This document shows, piece by piece, positions 45,141 through 54,953 of a stretch of 64,000 nucleotides of DNA. A model generated the notes under the pieces. The model searched no databases. It had not been told where the DNA came from and worked only from the letters and a program-made list of their open reading frames with translations. Source of the stretch: Candidatus Kerfeldbacteria bacterium. GTDB lineage: Bacteria > Patescibacteriota > Patescibacteriia > SBBC01. Each line of letters begins with the position of its first letter. Positions within the stretch are counted from its first letter, which is position 1. Location: assembly GCA_043799405.1 (NCBI GenBank), contig JAZDNT010000002.1:235320-299319 (forward strand). Direction: 5' to 3'. Both the position numbers and the translations under genes were made by a program.

Positions 45141-46826
45141 ATGGAGAAAAGATCACACAGAACGCTCCGCCTCGCCGCAATTATCAGTATTGCAGTTGCC
45201 ATCGGTATAGTACGCATCGCAGATTCCGTACAGCTCGTTTACGCGCAACAAGCACCTCCGGACACAGAATCAAAACTTTCCGTGTACCAGGGCGTTCTGT
45301 TCATCATGCCCGTGAAGGTGATTACGTCAACAAATCCGGCGAACGCGCTTGAGTTCGGCAATGCCGGACGGGATATCGCGGGAACTGACGTGATAAACTT
45401 CAGGCCGGGCAATACGATGCGCGGCACGGCATTCATCGGGGATATCGGTCACTGCTCGGTCGATGGTCTCGCCTGCGGATCCGATATGGACTGCACGCAG
45501 CCGCAAACGTGCGTCGGGAAGAACTACCAGAACCTGAAACTTACTGGCGATCTCACCATCGGCAATCAGCTCTGTTTCAACGGGTACCGCGATTGCTTCG
45601 GCACATGGCCAAGCATGACCTCGACGCTGTGGGAACTGGTAGGGGCCGAAAGCAGCGCGCTTTCGCCAAGACAAGAACCGAATACGGCATACGCATACGG
45701 CATCCGCGTCGGAGACTCATCGGGAGGGTTATCAGGTAAGGATGCTGTCGTGGTGACTTCATCAACGACTGAGCCCGCGGTCCAGGTTACGAAGTACAGC
45801 GCATTCGGGGATCTCAATGTCCAGGGCAGGCTCACGACCCCCGTGAGCGGGAACGTGTTCTCTTTCGGATCGGTGTATGTGAGAACAACGCCGAAGCTCT
45901 ACGATCCGGTGAATGCAAGGACGTATGACATCTGGAATGTGGGATCGCCGACTGATACGCAGGACGGAAGCGGGATCGACGCTGACACGTTCGATAGCAC
46001 CGCGCTTTACCTGCCTTTTACGAAGTGGCAAGGCATGCCGTACTACGACTTTTTCTGGAGAAAGTACTATACGACGAACGCAGCGTACCCTCCGGTAACC
46101 GTACCATCGAGCACCAACGAAGGTATTCTCCCGATGCTTTGCGTCCGTGTTTATTCTACGAGCGGAAAGGTCTGCGTCAATGGCCCGAGCGCCGGCGCGG
46201 CATGTCAGGGTGATGATTCCTGTGCTGTAACGCAGATATGCGGCTCAAGGCTATACTGTTCCATCAATACGATGAGGTACTGCACCGAAGCTTCACAGTG
46301 TCCGCAGACAGCAAATCCCGTACCTACAGATAGGCCGGATCAAACTAAAACGAAGTGCCAGACGCTCTGCCATACAGAACAGCAGACTTGCTCCGTTGAC
46401 AACATTTGGCACTGCTCAAACGCAACCTCGACCGTGTGCCTTGAGGATAGCGACTGTCCGTTTGGAGAGACCTGCGAGCAGGACCAGAATCCCTCTGGCG
46501 GTAACCTAAAAACATTTTCGAAAGACTGCGAGCAGCTCAACTGCAACGCTGAATGTCGAGGCGTGACGAAGTGTGATGGCAGCGGAAAAATCAACGAGAG
46601 CGGAACAATCGACTGCAGAGACTTCGGCACAACGATCCGCTACAACAAGGGCAAGTGCGACACAGGAACACACCAGTGTCTCTGTTCCCTTAACGTAAGA
46701 GGGATGGCTGCGCTTCCCTTCATTGATGCAAACGTCCCGCAGTCAGGATATGTAGGAGGAGAGCTCTGTTCTGGGAATTTTACAACCGCTTCAATCGATC
46801 ATCCACCGCCATACATCACCCCATGA
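45141..46826 (+). CDS. Secreted paralog family, member 4 (561 aa, Cys-rich C-terminus)
   Basis: Signal/anchor AAIISIAVAIGIV. Motifs LSVYQGVLFIMP...INFRPGNTMRGTAFIGD, LCFNGYRDCFGTWP, GIDADTFDS. The C-terminal ~200 aa carry many Cys residues. Confidence 0.8.
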   Translation: MEKRSHRTLRLAAIISIAVAIGIVRIADSVQLVYAQQAPPDTESKLSVYQGVLFIMPVKVITSTNPANALEFGNAGRDIAGTDVINFRPGNTMRGTAFIGDIGHCSVDGLACGSDMDCTQPQTCVGKNYQNLKLTGDLTIGNQLCFNGYRDCFGTWPSMTSTLWELVGAESSALSPRQEPNTAYAYGIRVGDSSGGLSGKDAVVVTSSTTEPAVQVTKYSAFGDLNVQGRLTTPVSGNVFSFGSVYVRTTPKLYDPVNARTYDIWNVGSPTDTQDGSGIDADTFDSTALYLPFTKWQGMPYYDFFWRKYYTTNAAYPPVTVPSSTNEGILPMLCVRVYSTSGKVCVNGPSAGAACQGDDSCAVTQICGSRLYCSINTMRYCTEASQCPQTANPVPTDRPDQTKTKCQTLCHTEQQTCSVDNIWHCSNATSTVCLEDSDCPFGETCEQDQNPSGGNLKTFSKDCEQLNCNAECRGVTKCDGSGKINESGTIDCRDFGTTIRYNKGKCDTGTHQCLCSLNVRGMAALPFIDANVPQSGYVGGELCSGNFTTASIDHPPPYITP

Positions 46827-47677
46827 GAACCAGACGCGCAACCATCGTAGGTATCGTCATCGTGATCGTCGGGATCGCGCGATTCGCCTTTCCGGCGCAC
46901 TCGACCCTTCTGTCGCCGGGCGCGACGCAGCGCCTCTCGGTGTATGGCGGCATCGTGACGATAACGCCGGGCGACACGATGCCTGACGGCACGGAGCGCG
47001 CGCTCGCGCTCGGGTCATTAGGCACTGACATTACATCGAACGACGACATCATCCTGCAGCCGGGTGGTACGGACACGACAGGGACACGCTTTATCGGGAC
47101 AGAAGACGGCCTACTGCAGAACCTTGCCATCTCGGGCAACCTGAGTTTTGAAACGGTTGGGAAAGAGGCGTGCATCAAGGGCGTATGCCGTTCATCGTGG
47201 AGCCGCGTTCCTGAACACTGGCAATCCGTCACCCTGTCGTATAGCGGAGGGCAACGCACCGTCCTGCAGCCGATCAACATCAATGAAGGAGCCCGCATCG
47301 GTACTTCAACGCAGCGGTTTACGAACGGGACCGCGCTTACTGCCGATGGGCTATTCGCGACGAACAGGTCTGGCGGGAACGCAGCGACGATCGGCGGAAC
47401 CATCGAGAACATACAAGCCTTGACCGTCTACGATAAGGTCACAATTTCCTATAGAGAGCCATGGTCGCAGAAGAATCAGGGTGCCGGGACCGGTCTTGAT
47501 GCGGATACGATCGATGGCGCCGGCGTAACGCTCAGTCCCGGGTACATTTGTGATGCGACAGCGTGCGTCTGTTTTTACGGTAGGCCGACGAACCACCAAA
47601 ACAGCTTACTGGAAACATCGGATACGTTACCGTACCGTTGCATACGGCTGTTCGCAACGAGCGCGTCGCCCTACTAA
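46823..47677 (+). CDS. Secreted paralog family, member 5 (284 aa)
   Basis: ATGA overlap with member 4. Motifs LSVYGGIVTITP...IILQPGGTDTTGTRFIGTEDG, ACIKGVCRSSWS, GLDADTIDG. Confidence 0.8.
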   Translation: MRTRRATIVGIVIVIVGIARFAFPAHSTLLSPGATQRLSVYGGIVTITPGDTMPDGTERALALGSLGTDITSNDDIILQPGGTDTTGTRFIGTEDGLLQNLAISGNLSFETVGKEACIKGVCRSSWSRVPEHWQSVTLSYSGGQRTVLQPININEGARIGTSTQRFTNGTALTADGLFATNRSGGNAATIGGTIENIQALTVYDKVTISYREPWSQKNQGAGTGLDADTIDGAGVTLSPGYICDATACVCFYGRPTNHQNSLLETSDTLPYRCIRLFATSASPY

Positions 47678-47683
47678 GAAACA

Positions 47684-48556
47684 ATGCGCATGACACGTAG
47701 ACGACAAAAGCGGAAGACACCACTACTATTCCTTGTTACGAGGGCGGGCGTTGCTGTCGCGCTCCTCGCCGTGCTCGTCGTATTCCGTTCATCCCTGAAC
47801 GTTCGTTCAGCAGTTAATACCGACGGTGCAACCGAACAACTGAAGACGAACGGCGTAATAACGATCGCGCCGGGAGGGGCAAGCGATAGCGTTATGAAGC
47901 TCGGTAACCATGGAAATATGATTGCGTCTACTGGATCGATCTACCTCCGTCCGAACGGAACTACGGCCGGATCCCGGTTTACCGGCAACGACGACGGGAC
48001 TCAGGACCTCATTATGACGGGGAACGTCACAGTTGCCGGCGGGATTGTTCTCGGTGAAGAAAGAAAGACAATCTGGCCTGAGCCTGACAGCTGGATGAGC
48101 ATCGTAACCGGCTCGAACTCCGACCTCTACCCGAACGACACGAACCTCAGTGTTAAAACTGGTGAACAGCCAGACAATCAGGATGCATTCGGTCTAAGCA
48201 TATACGAGAATAGCACGGATTACTCGGCACTCTCGGTCAATAACTCCGTTGGTCGCTCGATCAGTTTTGGCTCGCCCGACGAAGGCTTTAACAACGTCGA
48301 CATCCGCGGCGCGCTCAATATCATTTCCGGGTACCTTTACGTAAAGCTGCCCTCCCCCTTCTCCGATTCGTATAAGCGTGTTTGGACAGCGGACAATGAC
48401 GGCAAGGCGAGCGGCCTATCGGCGGACGTGATCGACGGTACTGATACGTACTTTGCGAACTGCGGGAATTCAGTGTGCATCTGCGCCGTGACGGTCGGGC
48501 AGCAGAACCAGAGCCACTGCCAGAACCTCGATACGATGCTCTACTACATATACTAA
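47684..48556 (+). CDS. Secreted paralog family, member 6 (290 aa)
   Basis: R/K-rich N-terminus plus a TM helix. Motifs LKTNGVITIAP...IYLRPNGTTAGSRFTGNDDG, GEERKTIWPE, GLSADVIDG. Confidence 0.8.
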   Translation: MRMTRRRQKRKTPLLFLVTRAGVAVALLAVLVVFRSSLNVRSAVNTDGATEQLKTNGVITIAPGGASDSVMKLGNHGNMIASTGSIYLRPNGTTAGSRFTGNDDGTQDLIMTGNVTVAGGIVLGEERKTIWPEPDSWMSIVTGSNSDLYPNDTNLSVKTGEQPDNQDAFGLSIYENSTDYSALSVNNSVGRSISFGSPDEGFNNVDIRGALNIISGYLYVKLPSPFSDSYKRVWTADNDGKASGLSADVIDGTDTYFANCGNSVCICAVTVGQQNQSHCQNLDTMLYYIY

Positions 48557-48566
48557 TGAACGACGC

Positions 48567-51500
48567 ATGGTAGGCAGTACACCACAACGTCGAGTGCTCC
48601 GATCCGCCCCCCGTGCTTTTCCGCGGTGGATTGCGCAGAGCGTTCCAGTGCGTATCCTTGCTGGCGTCGCAGCGCTTCTCTGTGTTATGGCTGCGCCATC
48701 GAGCGGCCGCGCCGGTGATTTTATTAAGATCGGATCCCCGGTTGCGACGCCGGTGAACCTCTACGCTGTTACCGCCGTATACGATGCTTCGCCAACAGTA
48801 TACGAAGCGTGGGCTGTCGGCGAAGAGCTCAATGAAAACGGCTCTACTCCCGCGGAAACCGAACGAAGGGGAATCATTCTCCACTTTACCGGTTCGTTCT
48901 GGACGCGTGTTTCGTTCGATTACAACATTCCGCCGCTTCGGGGCATAAGCGCTGTCCGGGTCCTCCGTACCCAATATCCAAACGGTACCGCGCGAAAACC
49001 GGCCTGGGCGTCGGAAGCCCTCGCAGTTGGGGATAAAGGAACGATGGTTTTCCTCGATCCCTACTCAGAAGCGTGGAGGCTGCTGAAGAAGCATGAACCG
49101 GCAACGCCCGATTTCCCGTCTGAGACATCAAAACGACGAAGCTGTACGGAATTTGAGATGAAGACCCAGGGAGATACGTGCATTGATTGGACATCGAAAG
49201 ACCTTCTTGCTGTCGCAATCGTTGGTCCGTCGAACTCGCGACCCATGATGATCGGGAAGCAGGGCGGAGTGTTCCAGATCAATTCCGAATTCTTCGACCT
49301 CGGCAATGGTCAGGGCAGGGGTTTGTATTTAGGCATTGAGAATGACGGGCCTGAGTCAACCGCAGAACGCTGGGTTCCTGGCAACAGCACCAGCGTCGAT
49401 CTTACGGCACTGTATTTCGTTGACGCAAACCATGGCTGGCTTGTTGGCAAAGATAATGATACGGGTCATGGAAAGGCGTGGAGATATTTAAAACAATTCA
49501 TTGAGATTGCCCCTCCTGCCGGGGGGTTCGAACCTCTTACGAGCGTTGCGGGAACGCTCCGGTATACTGCGAGTACGCCGCCGCCAGAAGTGCCGGAGCC
49601 GCTCAAGGGTATTGCATGGTTCGGGGCGGAATCGGGGAAGATATACCGGTATGACGAGGGGAACGACAGCATTATCGCTCGTGTTTCTGGTTCCTCGCCG
49701 ATCCGTTCGCTTACGGTTACGAGACGCATTGGGGGTCGGACTGCCAACCTAGCAAAGAACAGTACGTTCAATGCCGACTTACTCCAAGGGGGGCCGAACT
49801 ATCGGCCTGACGGATGGGTACCGTCTGGAGAATACTGGAGCGCAGCGGGTACCAGGGAAAACCCGCGGATTATGCTTCCTTCCGCGCTTGTATCCGATCC
49901 TGGCGATACGACGCCAACGTACCCGCCAAATCCGGGCAATAAGGTTTATGTCGCCGAACCGTGGCAGTCGCTCTGGCCCTGGGCTCTACCCGATCTCGAT
50001 GGAACAGTCTATAGCGCATTGGGATGGTTCGGTAGTTCTACGGAGCCGAGTCATTACCCTGTCTTTAATTTATACGGCGGCTACGGGGCAGCCATGAAGA
50101 TACGGATCGACAGAGAAAGCCCTACGAATAATGATGTATCCCAGGCATTGCTTCCGGGTCTGTCACTTATTGCCGCATACCAGAGTTTTTGGCATTACAT
50201 GTATCCTGGTGGTGGGGCTCCCTTTCTCGGAGCAGATATCCCCGGGTACATACGGATTGACCAGAAATGTTCTGGCGGTTCGGAGAACGGGAAGATCTGC
50301 AGTAATTTTAACGGAGGTAATGTTGTAACGACGAAATCTTGCGTAGATGGCGAAGGAGCATGCATCAATCCTCAGTATCAGTTCCGCGTTATCGCTCCGA
50401 ACGGTCGCGTTGAACTGTTCATCGATAATGACGACAATACCCAGAACCGCTGCAGTAACAACACTGCAAAATCATGTATTGCCGATGTCGACTGCGCCGG
50501 ATATCTCTGCGTAGATCCGAACAACTCAAGGTTGCCGCTATCAATCGGCTATACAACAACGGCTAATGCGCTCAGCGCATGGCAGGTAGGCAGCTGCAAG
50601 AACCTCGTTCGGAAGACCTGCAACCGCGGCGATAATGCAGGGCAGCTCTGCGAAGACAATGTATTTTGTCAGCAAGGCTATAAGGTTTGCAGTAATACGG
50701 GAGAGCGATGCTACACAAACGCAGACTGCGAAGACCCTGATAACCCCGAAAATCCGGGCATCTGTAGGCAACCTACTGCACCGGATTTGCCGCAGTGCGT
50801 CGCAGATACCCCTAAGGGATGTTTTGATGATGCGAACTGTAAGGTCGGAAGCTGCCGCGGTAACACCGGGACCTTCTGTTACACCAATAACGATTGCAAT
50901 ACTCAAACAACCGATGACGTCTGCGACCTCTGGGGTATTTGTGCGAGCGGAAAGGTCGGTAAGCCGTGCCACGCGTCGTTGGATTGCGGCGTTAACGGCG
51001 TATGCGAGCTGTCAGGGAACGGATTCTGCGAGAACGCTTCGCCGACGGGTATCGCAGAACCGAGGAACGCGGTCACCTTTGGGGGTAAAGGAATTTTAGG
51101 CAAGCAGTGCGTAAAAAATGACTATACAAAGGAGATCGGTGCGTACTGCTTCGACAATTCGCAGTGCGGAGACGGATGGAGCTGTCAGATTGTCCGTTCA
51201 GGGTGGTTCCCGTTCGCGTTGAGGTACTACCAGCTCAACGCAGCGCGTTGCAATGCGACGAATCCGGCTTACGCGCTGCCGTGCATCGACGATACGATCT
51301 GTACTGTCAGCAATCGCAGATCCGGGGGGAAATGCAGCGCGGGAAAGTGGTGCATTGGCGGGGCGACATGCAGCAGCGGCACCCAGAACGGCTTGCCGTG
51401 TACGGATATTGTTGGCGGTACCGGTTGCGCAGGGGGGACCTGCGTACCGTCCGGGAACAACGGCTCCATCTGCAACAGCGACTCGGACTGCACTGCAGGG

Positions 51501-54500
51501 ACTGGAGCAAGGTGCGTTCTGCAGTATAAACCGGCACTACCAGATCAAGACAGTAATCCAACACAAAGGCCAGGCTGGTGCTCGAACGACACCGCTATTC
51601 CCTGCTGGGTATCGAACGAATGCAGTAAACCAGGAGGTACCTCGGGTACGTGCGTGTTTCCGGAAAAGTACACTGATTCGCAGGGAGCGAAGCTGATCTT
51701 CCAGTGGAAGGTGGACGGCGGTTCCTGGGAGGGAATACCAGCGGATCACCTGGTATTCAATCAGAAGGCATCGGGGAACGCGACGATCATACAGGATATT
51801 CCGCTAACGAACATCCCGGGAACGACCTACCAGGTAACGGGCAGGTACAAGGTCGAGTTCCTCGATAACTTCAAGGCGTACCAATCGAGCGATTCGCGCA
51901 ATCCTTTCGTTACGGAACAACAGGCCTATAAACCGCACGCAGGGGTTAGGATTCAGTGCAGTGTTTCCAGATGGAACTACAATGATTGCGGGTATGACAT
52001 CAACACGCTGACAACAGACTACGCAAGCGGCGTGACAGGCAACAAGCGCTGCTCGAAAGACGCGAGGATCCTCTGCAGGGATTCGTCTGAGTGTGCCGCG
52101 CAGAACGCGGGATCCTGTACGACTACTGTTGCCGGCGCATGCAGCGGGAACCCAACCATATACTGCAGCAACAATGATGTGTGTACAGCGAAAAACGCCG
52201 GACGCTGTATTGGCGATTGGATCCCGTTCAATGTAACGATCTCGAAACAGAATCGCGATCCAGAGGGGATACGGCTTCTGCAGGAATCAGTACACTCGCT
52301 GCAAGTCGTATGTCAGGCAGACGTCGGAACGCGTGTATTTTGCGATGACATTACGGTGACGCAGGTCAGCAGCGCGGCATCAGAGGGGTTCGACACGGTT
52401 GATGTCCTTGCCGTCGGCGATAGCGGGGCAATGCATCGAAGCACCTTCGACATACGAGACGCGGATCCCAACAGTATGTATGACAACTGGCAACAGCAAA
52501 CGTCGCCGATCGCCAGTGCAGACCTGAACTCAGCGTTCGCTACTGATCCGTTCCACTACTGGATCGCGGGTAATTATTCCGGAATCCAGACGGAGAAGGC
52601 GTCGCTCATGACGATGAATCCGGGCAACGTAAGCGGCTGGGCGTGGGTCGGCGCTGCAACGAAGAGCGGAACGGATATCGCGAACGATCCGATGGGCTGG
52701 ATCGACTTTAACTGCGGGAACCTCGGGACCTGCCTTTCACAGCCGTCATCGTTCGGCGTCAATATCAGCGATCCTACGGAAGAGGGGGTCTGCAGCAATG
52801 ACGTATCGAGGTCCTGTAGCGCGACGAATCCATGCAGTGCAAGTAATAAGTGCCTCGGCTTCATAACCGGCAGCGCGTGGGTCGGTAATCAGGATCCGAA
52901 CGAGCTGTTTAATCTCGGTCCTTGCTCAGTGAGTACAACTGACACGTGTCGTTATGGGCAGTGCACGAATGCATCATCCCGTGTCTGTGCGCAAAATGGG
53001 CAATGCATGGGTACGTGTGCGCTGAACCAGGGATTCAAGTGCTGGAGGGATGCCGACTGTAAGGTGAGCTGCGCAACGAACCCCGTCGCCTGCAGGTCGT
53101 CCGGCTGGCTGTCGTTCGACAGGGCGATAACCGGAGATCCGCCAGTAGGTCCGTATAGTGGTCCTTACAATTCAGGGCTACAGTTGGATACCCCGCTCGC
53201 AACGTTCGACAAGGATACTGACCAGCTCTCCGGATGGGGAAGGTTCCAGTTCGGGATATGTTCGCACGACGAGAAACTAAGCTGCTTCAAGGATTCCGAA
53301 TGCGGCACCGGACATACCTGTACGTACAAGAGCGCAGGCAGCTGGACCACCTGCATGGCGACTTACAACGACGTGACTATCTGCAACAGCAGGATGGGGT
53401 GGATAAAGCTCACCGGTAATACCGACAACATGCCGATACCGCACGACTACGATTACCTCATGTGCATGGACTGCACGTACGCAGAATCTACTTCAATGCC
53501 GAATGATAATGAAAGTAAGGCAAAAAGTACGTGCAAGATATGCACGCGGTATGATAAAGCATTAGGTACTCCGATGCCCACGGACAATTCATGCAATAAC
53601 TGTACGAAATGCACTCTTAAGCGCTGTACCGGGGATGCGAACTGGTACTGCAATGTGGATGCTGAGTGTATAAGCAACAATATAGGACTCTGTAAACCGT
53701 TCGGATGGAACGCAACGATGCAACAATACTGCTTTGACATGAACACGAATACGCAGTGCGTTCCTGGTGCGCGGTGTACGACGTGTACTACCTGCAGCGA
53801 GTACGGCGTATCCGTCGACTTCGGAGATACCAAGCTCTTTAACGGCTACGCGTACAGTCCCGATGTCGGATGGATAAAGTTCAACAAGGTCATGATCGGC
53901 GGAAAACAGTACGTCCAGACGCAGCTCGGCGACATCTACTCTGGGAAGGACATCGGGAGCACGAAGACCTCGCGTCCGCCGGGCTTCCCCGGAGGCTCGG
54001 GATCGAGCACGAACCTGTGCAACGCGACGTACCGGATCATCGCCGCGGGTAAGATTGAGAACTTCTGCACGAGCGCTCCAAATACCGGCTCCGGCACCGA
54101 TCCGTTCCAGCTGCAGGACGCGCCGCTCTTTCCGCTGCCGTCGATCGAGAACCGCTACGTAACCCAGATAGGCACGATCGACATGGACGGCATTGCAAGC
54201 GTCGCGAAGACGACCGAAAAAGATGGCGTAACGTACAAGTACAATAAGTTCGGGGATAGGATCATCGAAGGGGCAACCGATGACGTCAACTTCAGCTCCT
54301 TCTTCGGCGGGCCCGGCTGCGGAAGCGGCGAAGCCTGTCCCGTACCATTAAAGGGTCAGGTGTTCTATATTGAGGGCAACCTCACGATCGATGAACCGCT
54401 ATTCAGCATAACATCTGGAGTACCTACACCCGCCTACGGTGTAAATGCCTTCCAGAGCGGCGCCGGTACGTTCGTGGTCGGTGGCGATCTCATCATCAAC

Positions 54501-54851
54501 GGCAATATCGAGTACGAGATGGAGAACACCCTACAACAGCGCGTTCAGCTGCCGTCGATCGCTTTCCTTGTGAAAGGTGACATTACCATCAATGCAACGT
54601 CCTCGTCCCTTAAGGGCATGTTCTACACGCCGAATACGGTCGATGTACTGTCCAGCGAGCCTGACCTGCAGCTGACCGTCGGCGGAGCTATGGTCGCGAA
54701 GAAGTTCAACTTTAACAGGAAGTACCGAGGACCCCTTTCAATAGAGCCATCAGAACGGATCATTTACGACGGAAGGTTGCAAGCAAACCCTCCGCCGGGA
54801 ATCTCGACGTTCGCAAGCGGGCTTATGAACATCGCGGAGTTTGCTCAGTAG
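48567..54851 (+). CDS. Giant (2094 aa) secreted Cys-rich protein with beta-propeller-like segments and a beta-helix-like C-terminal domain
   Basis: Signal-like ILAGVAALLCVMAAPSSG (an alternative GTG start is near 48648). Propeller-like WAVGE/LAVGDKG/WLVGKD blades. A Cys-rich region of about 1100 aa with C..D.DC....G.C units. The C-terminus reads GQVFYIEGNLTI...FVVGGDLIINGNIEY...AFLVKGDITINATSSSLKGMFYTPNTVDV. Confidence 0.85.
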   Translation: MVGSTPQRRVLRSAPRAFPRWIAQSVPVRILAGVAALLCVMAAPSSGRAGDFIKIGSPVATPVNLYAVTAVYDASPTVYEAWAVGEELNENGSTPAETERRGIILHFTGSFWTRVSFDYNIPPLRGISAVRVLRTQYPNGTARKPAWASEALAVGDKGTMVFLDPYSEAWRLLKKHEPATPDFPSETSKRRSCTEFEMKTQGDTCIDWTSKDLLAVAIVGPSNSRPMMIGKQGGVFQINSEFFDLGNGQGRGLYLGIENDGPESTAERWVPGNSTSVDLTALYFVDANHGWLVGKDNDTGHGKAWRYLKQFIEIAPPAGGFEPLTSVAGTLRYTASTPPPEVPEPLKGIAWFGAESGKIYRYDEGNDSIIARVSGSSPIRSLTVTRRIGGRTANLAKNSTFNADLLQGGPNYRPDGWVPSGEYWSAAGTRENPRIMLPSALVSDPGDTTPTYPPNPGNKVYVAEPWQSLWPWALPDLDGTVYSALGWFGSSTEPSHYPVFNLYGGYGAAMKIRIDRESPTNNDVSQALLPGLSLIAAYQSFWHYMYPGGGAPFLGADIPGYIRIDQKCSGGSENGKICSNFNGGNVVTTKSCVDGEGACINPQYQFRVIAPNGRVELFIDNDDNTQNRCSNNTAKSCIADVDCAGYLCVDPNNSRLPLSIGYTTTANALSAWQVGSCKNLVRKTCNRGDNAGQLCEDNVFCQQGYKVCSNTGERCYTNADCEDPDNPENPGICRQPTAPDLPQCVADTPKGCFDDANCKVGSCRGNTGTFCYTNNDCNTQTTDDVCDLWGICASGKVGKPCHASLDCGVNGVCELSGNGFCENASPTGIAEPRNAVTFGGKGILGKQCVKNDYTKEIGAYCFDNSQCGDGWSCQIVRSGWFPFALRYYQLNAARCNATNPAYALPCIDDTICTVSNRRSGGKCSAGKWCIGGATCSSGTQNGLPCTDIVGGTGCAGGTCVPSGNNGSICNSDSDCTAGTGARCVLQYKPALPDQDSNPTQRPGWCSNDTAIPCWVSNECSKPGGTSGTCVFPEKYTDSQGAKLIFQWKVDGGSWEGIPADHLVFNQKASGNATIIQDIPLTNIPGTTYQVTGRYKVEFLDNFKAYQSSDSRNPFVTEQQAYKPHAGVRIQCSVSRWNYNDCGYDINTLTTDYASGVTGNKRCSKDARILCRDSSECAAQNAGSCTTTVAGACSGNPTIYCSNNDVCTAKNAGRCIGDWIPFNVTISKQNRDPEGIRLLQESVHSLQVVCQADVGTRVFCDDITVTQVSSAASEGFDTVDVLAVGDSGAMHRSTFDIRDADPNSMYDNWQQQTSPIASADLNSAFATDPFHYWIAGNYSGIQTEKASLMTMNPGNVSGWAWVGAATKSGTDIANDPMGWIDFNCGNLGTCLSQPSSFGVNISDPTEEGVCSNDVSRSCSATNPCSASNKCLGFITGSAWVGNQDPNELFNLGPCSVSTTDTCRYGQCTNASSRVCAQNGQCMGTCALNQGFKCWRDADCKVSCATNPVACRSSGWLSFDRAITGDPPVGPYSGPYNSGLQLDTPLATFDKDTDQLSGWGRFQFGICSHDEKLSCFKDSECGTGHTCTYKSAGSWTTCMATYNDVTICNSRMGWIKLTGNTDNMPIPHDYDYLMCMDCTYAESTSMPNDNESKAKSTCKICTRYDKALGTPMPTDNSCNNCTKCTLKRCTGDANWYCNVDAECISNNIGLCKPFGWNATMQQYCFDMNTNTQCVPGARCTTCTTCSEYGVSVDFGDTKLFNGYAYSPDVGWIKFNKVMIGGKQYVQTQLGDIYSGKDIGSTKTSRPPGFPGGSGSSTNLCNATYRIIAAGKIENFCTSAPNTGSGTDPFQLQDAPLFPLPSIENRYVTQIGTIDMDGIASVAKTTEKDGVTYKYNKFGDRIIEGATDDVNFSSFFGGPGCGSGEACPVPLKGQVFYIEGNLTIDEPLFSITSGVPTPAYGVNAFQSGAGTFVVGGDLIINGNIEYEMENTLQQRVQLPSIAFLVKGDITINATSSSLKGMFYTPNTVDVLSSEPDLQLTVGGAMVAKKFNFNRKYRGPLSIEPSERIIYDGRLQANPPPGISTFASGLMNIAEFAQ

Positions 54852-54867
54852 CGAGTAGTTGTGCATT

Positions 54868-54896
54868 GTGTCCAAAGTGGACACGGCTGTTTTTTT
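54868..54896 (+). terminator. Rho-independent terminator after the giant gene
   Basis: gtgtcca-aag-tggacac (54868-54884), followed by ggctg and a run of 7 T (54890-54896). Confidence 0.6.
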
Positions 54897-54906
54897 ATGC
54901 TATAAT
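54878..54906 (+). promoter_or_regulatory. Promoter of the type IV pilus operon
   Basis: TGGACA (54878-54883, inside the terminator stem), a 17-nt spacer, then tgc-TATAAT (54901-54906). An AAGAGG Shine-Dalgarno sits before the pilM ATG. Confidence 0.5.
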
Positions 54907-54953
54907 TTACCCATGCTTTACTACACGTTAGCCGTAGGATAAGAGGCTCTTGT

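Noticed and set aside
41008-54851. Diversity-generating retroelement targeting the surface-protein family or the giant protein
   Set aside because: No reverse transcriptase ORF is in the window, and I found no template/variable repeat pair by eye. This cannot be excluded without a computational repeat search.
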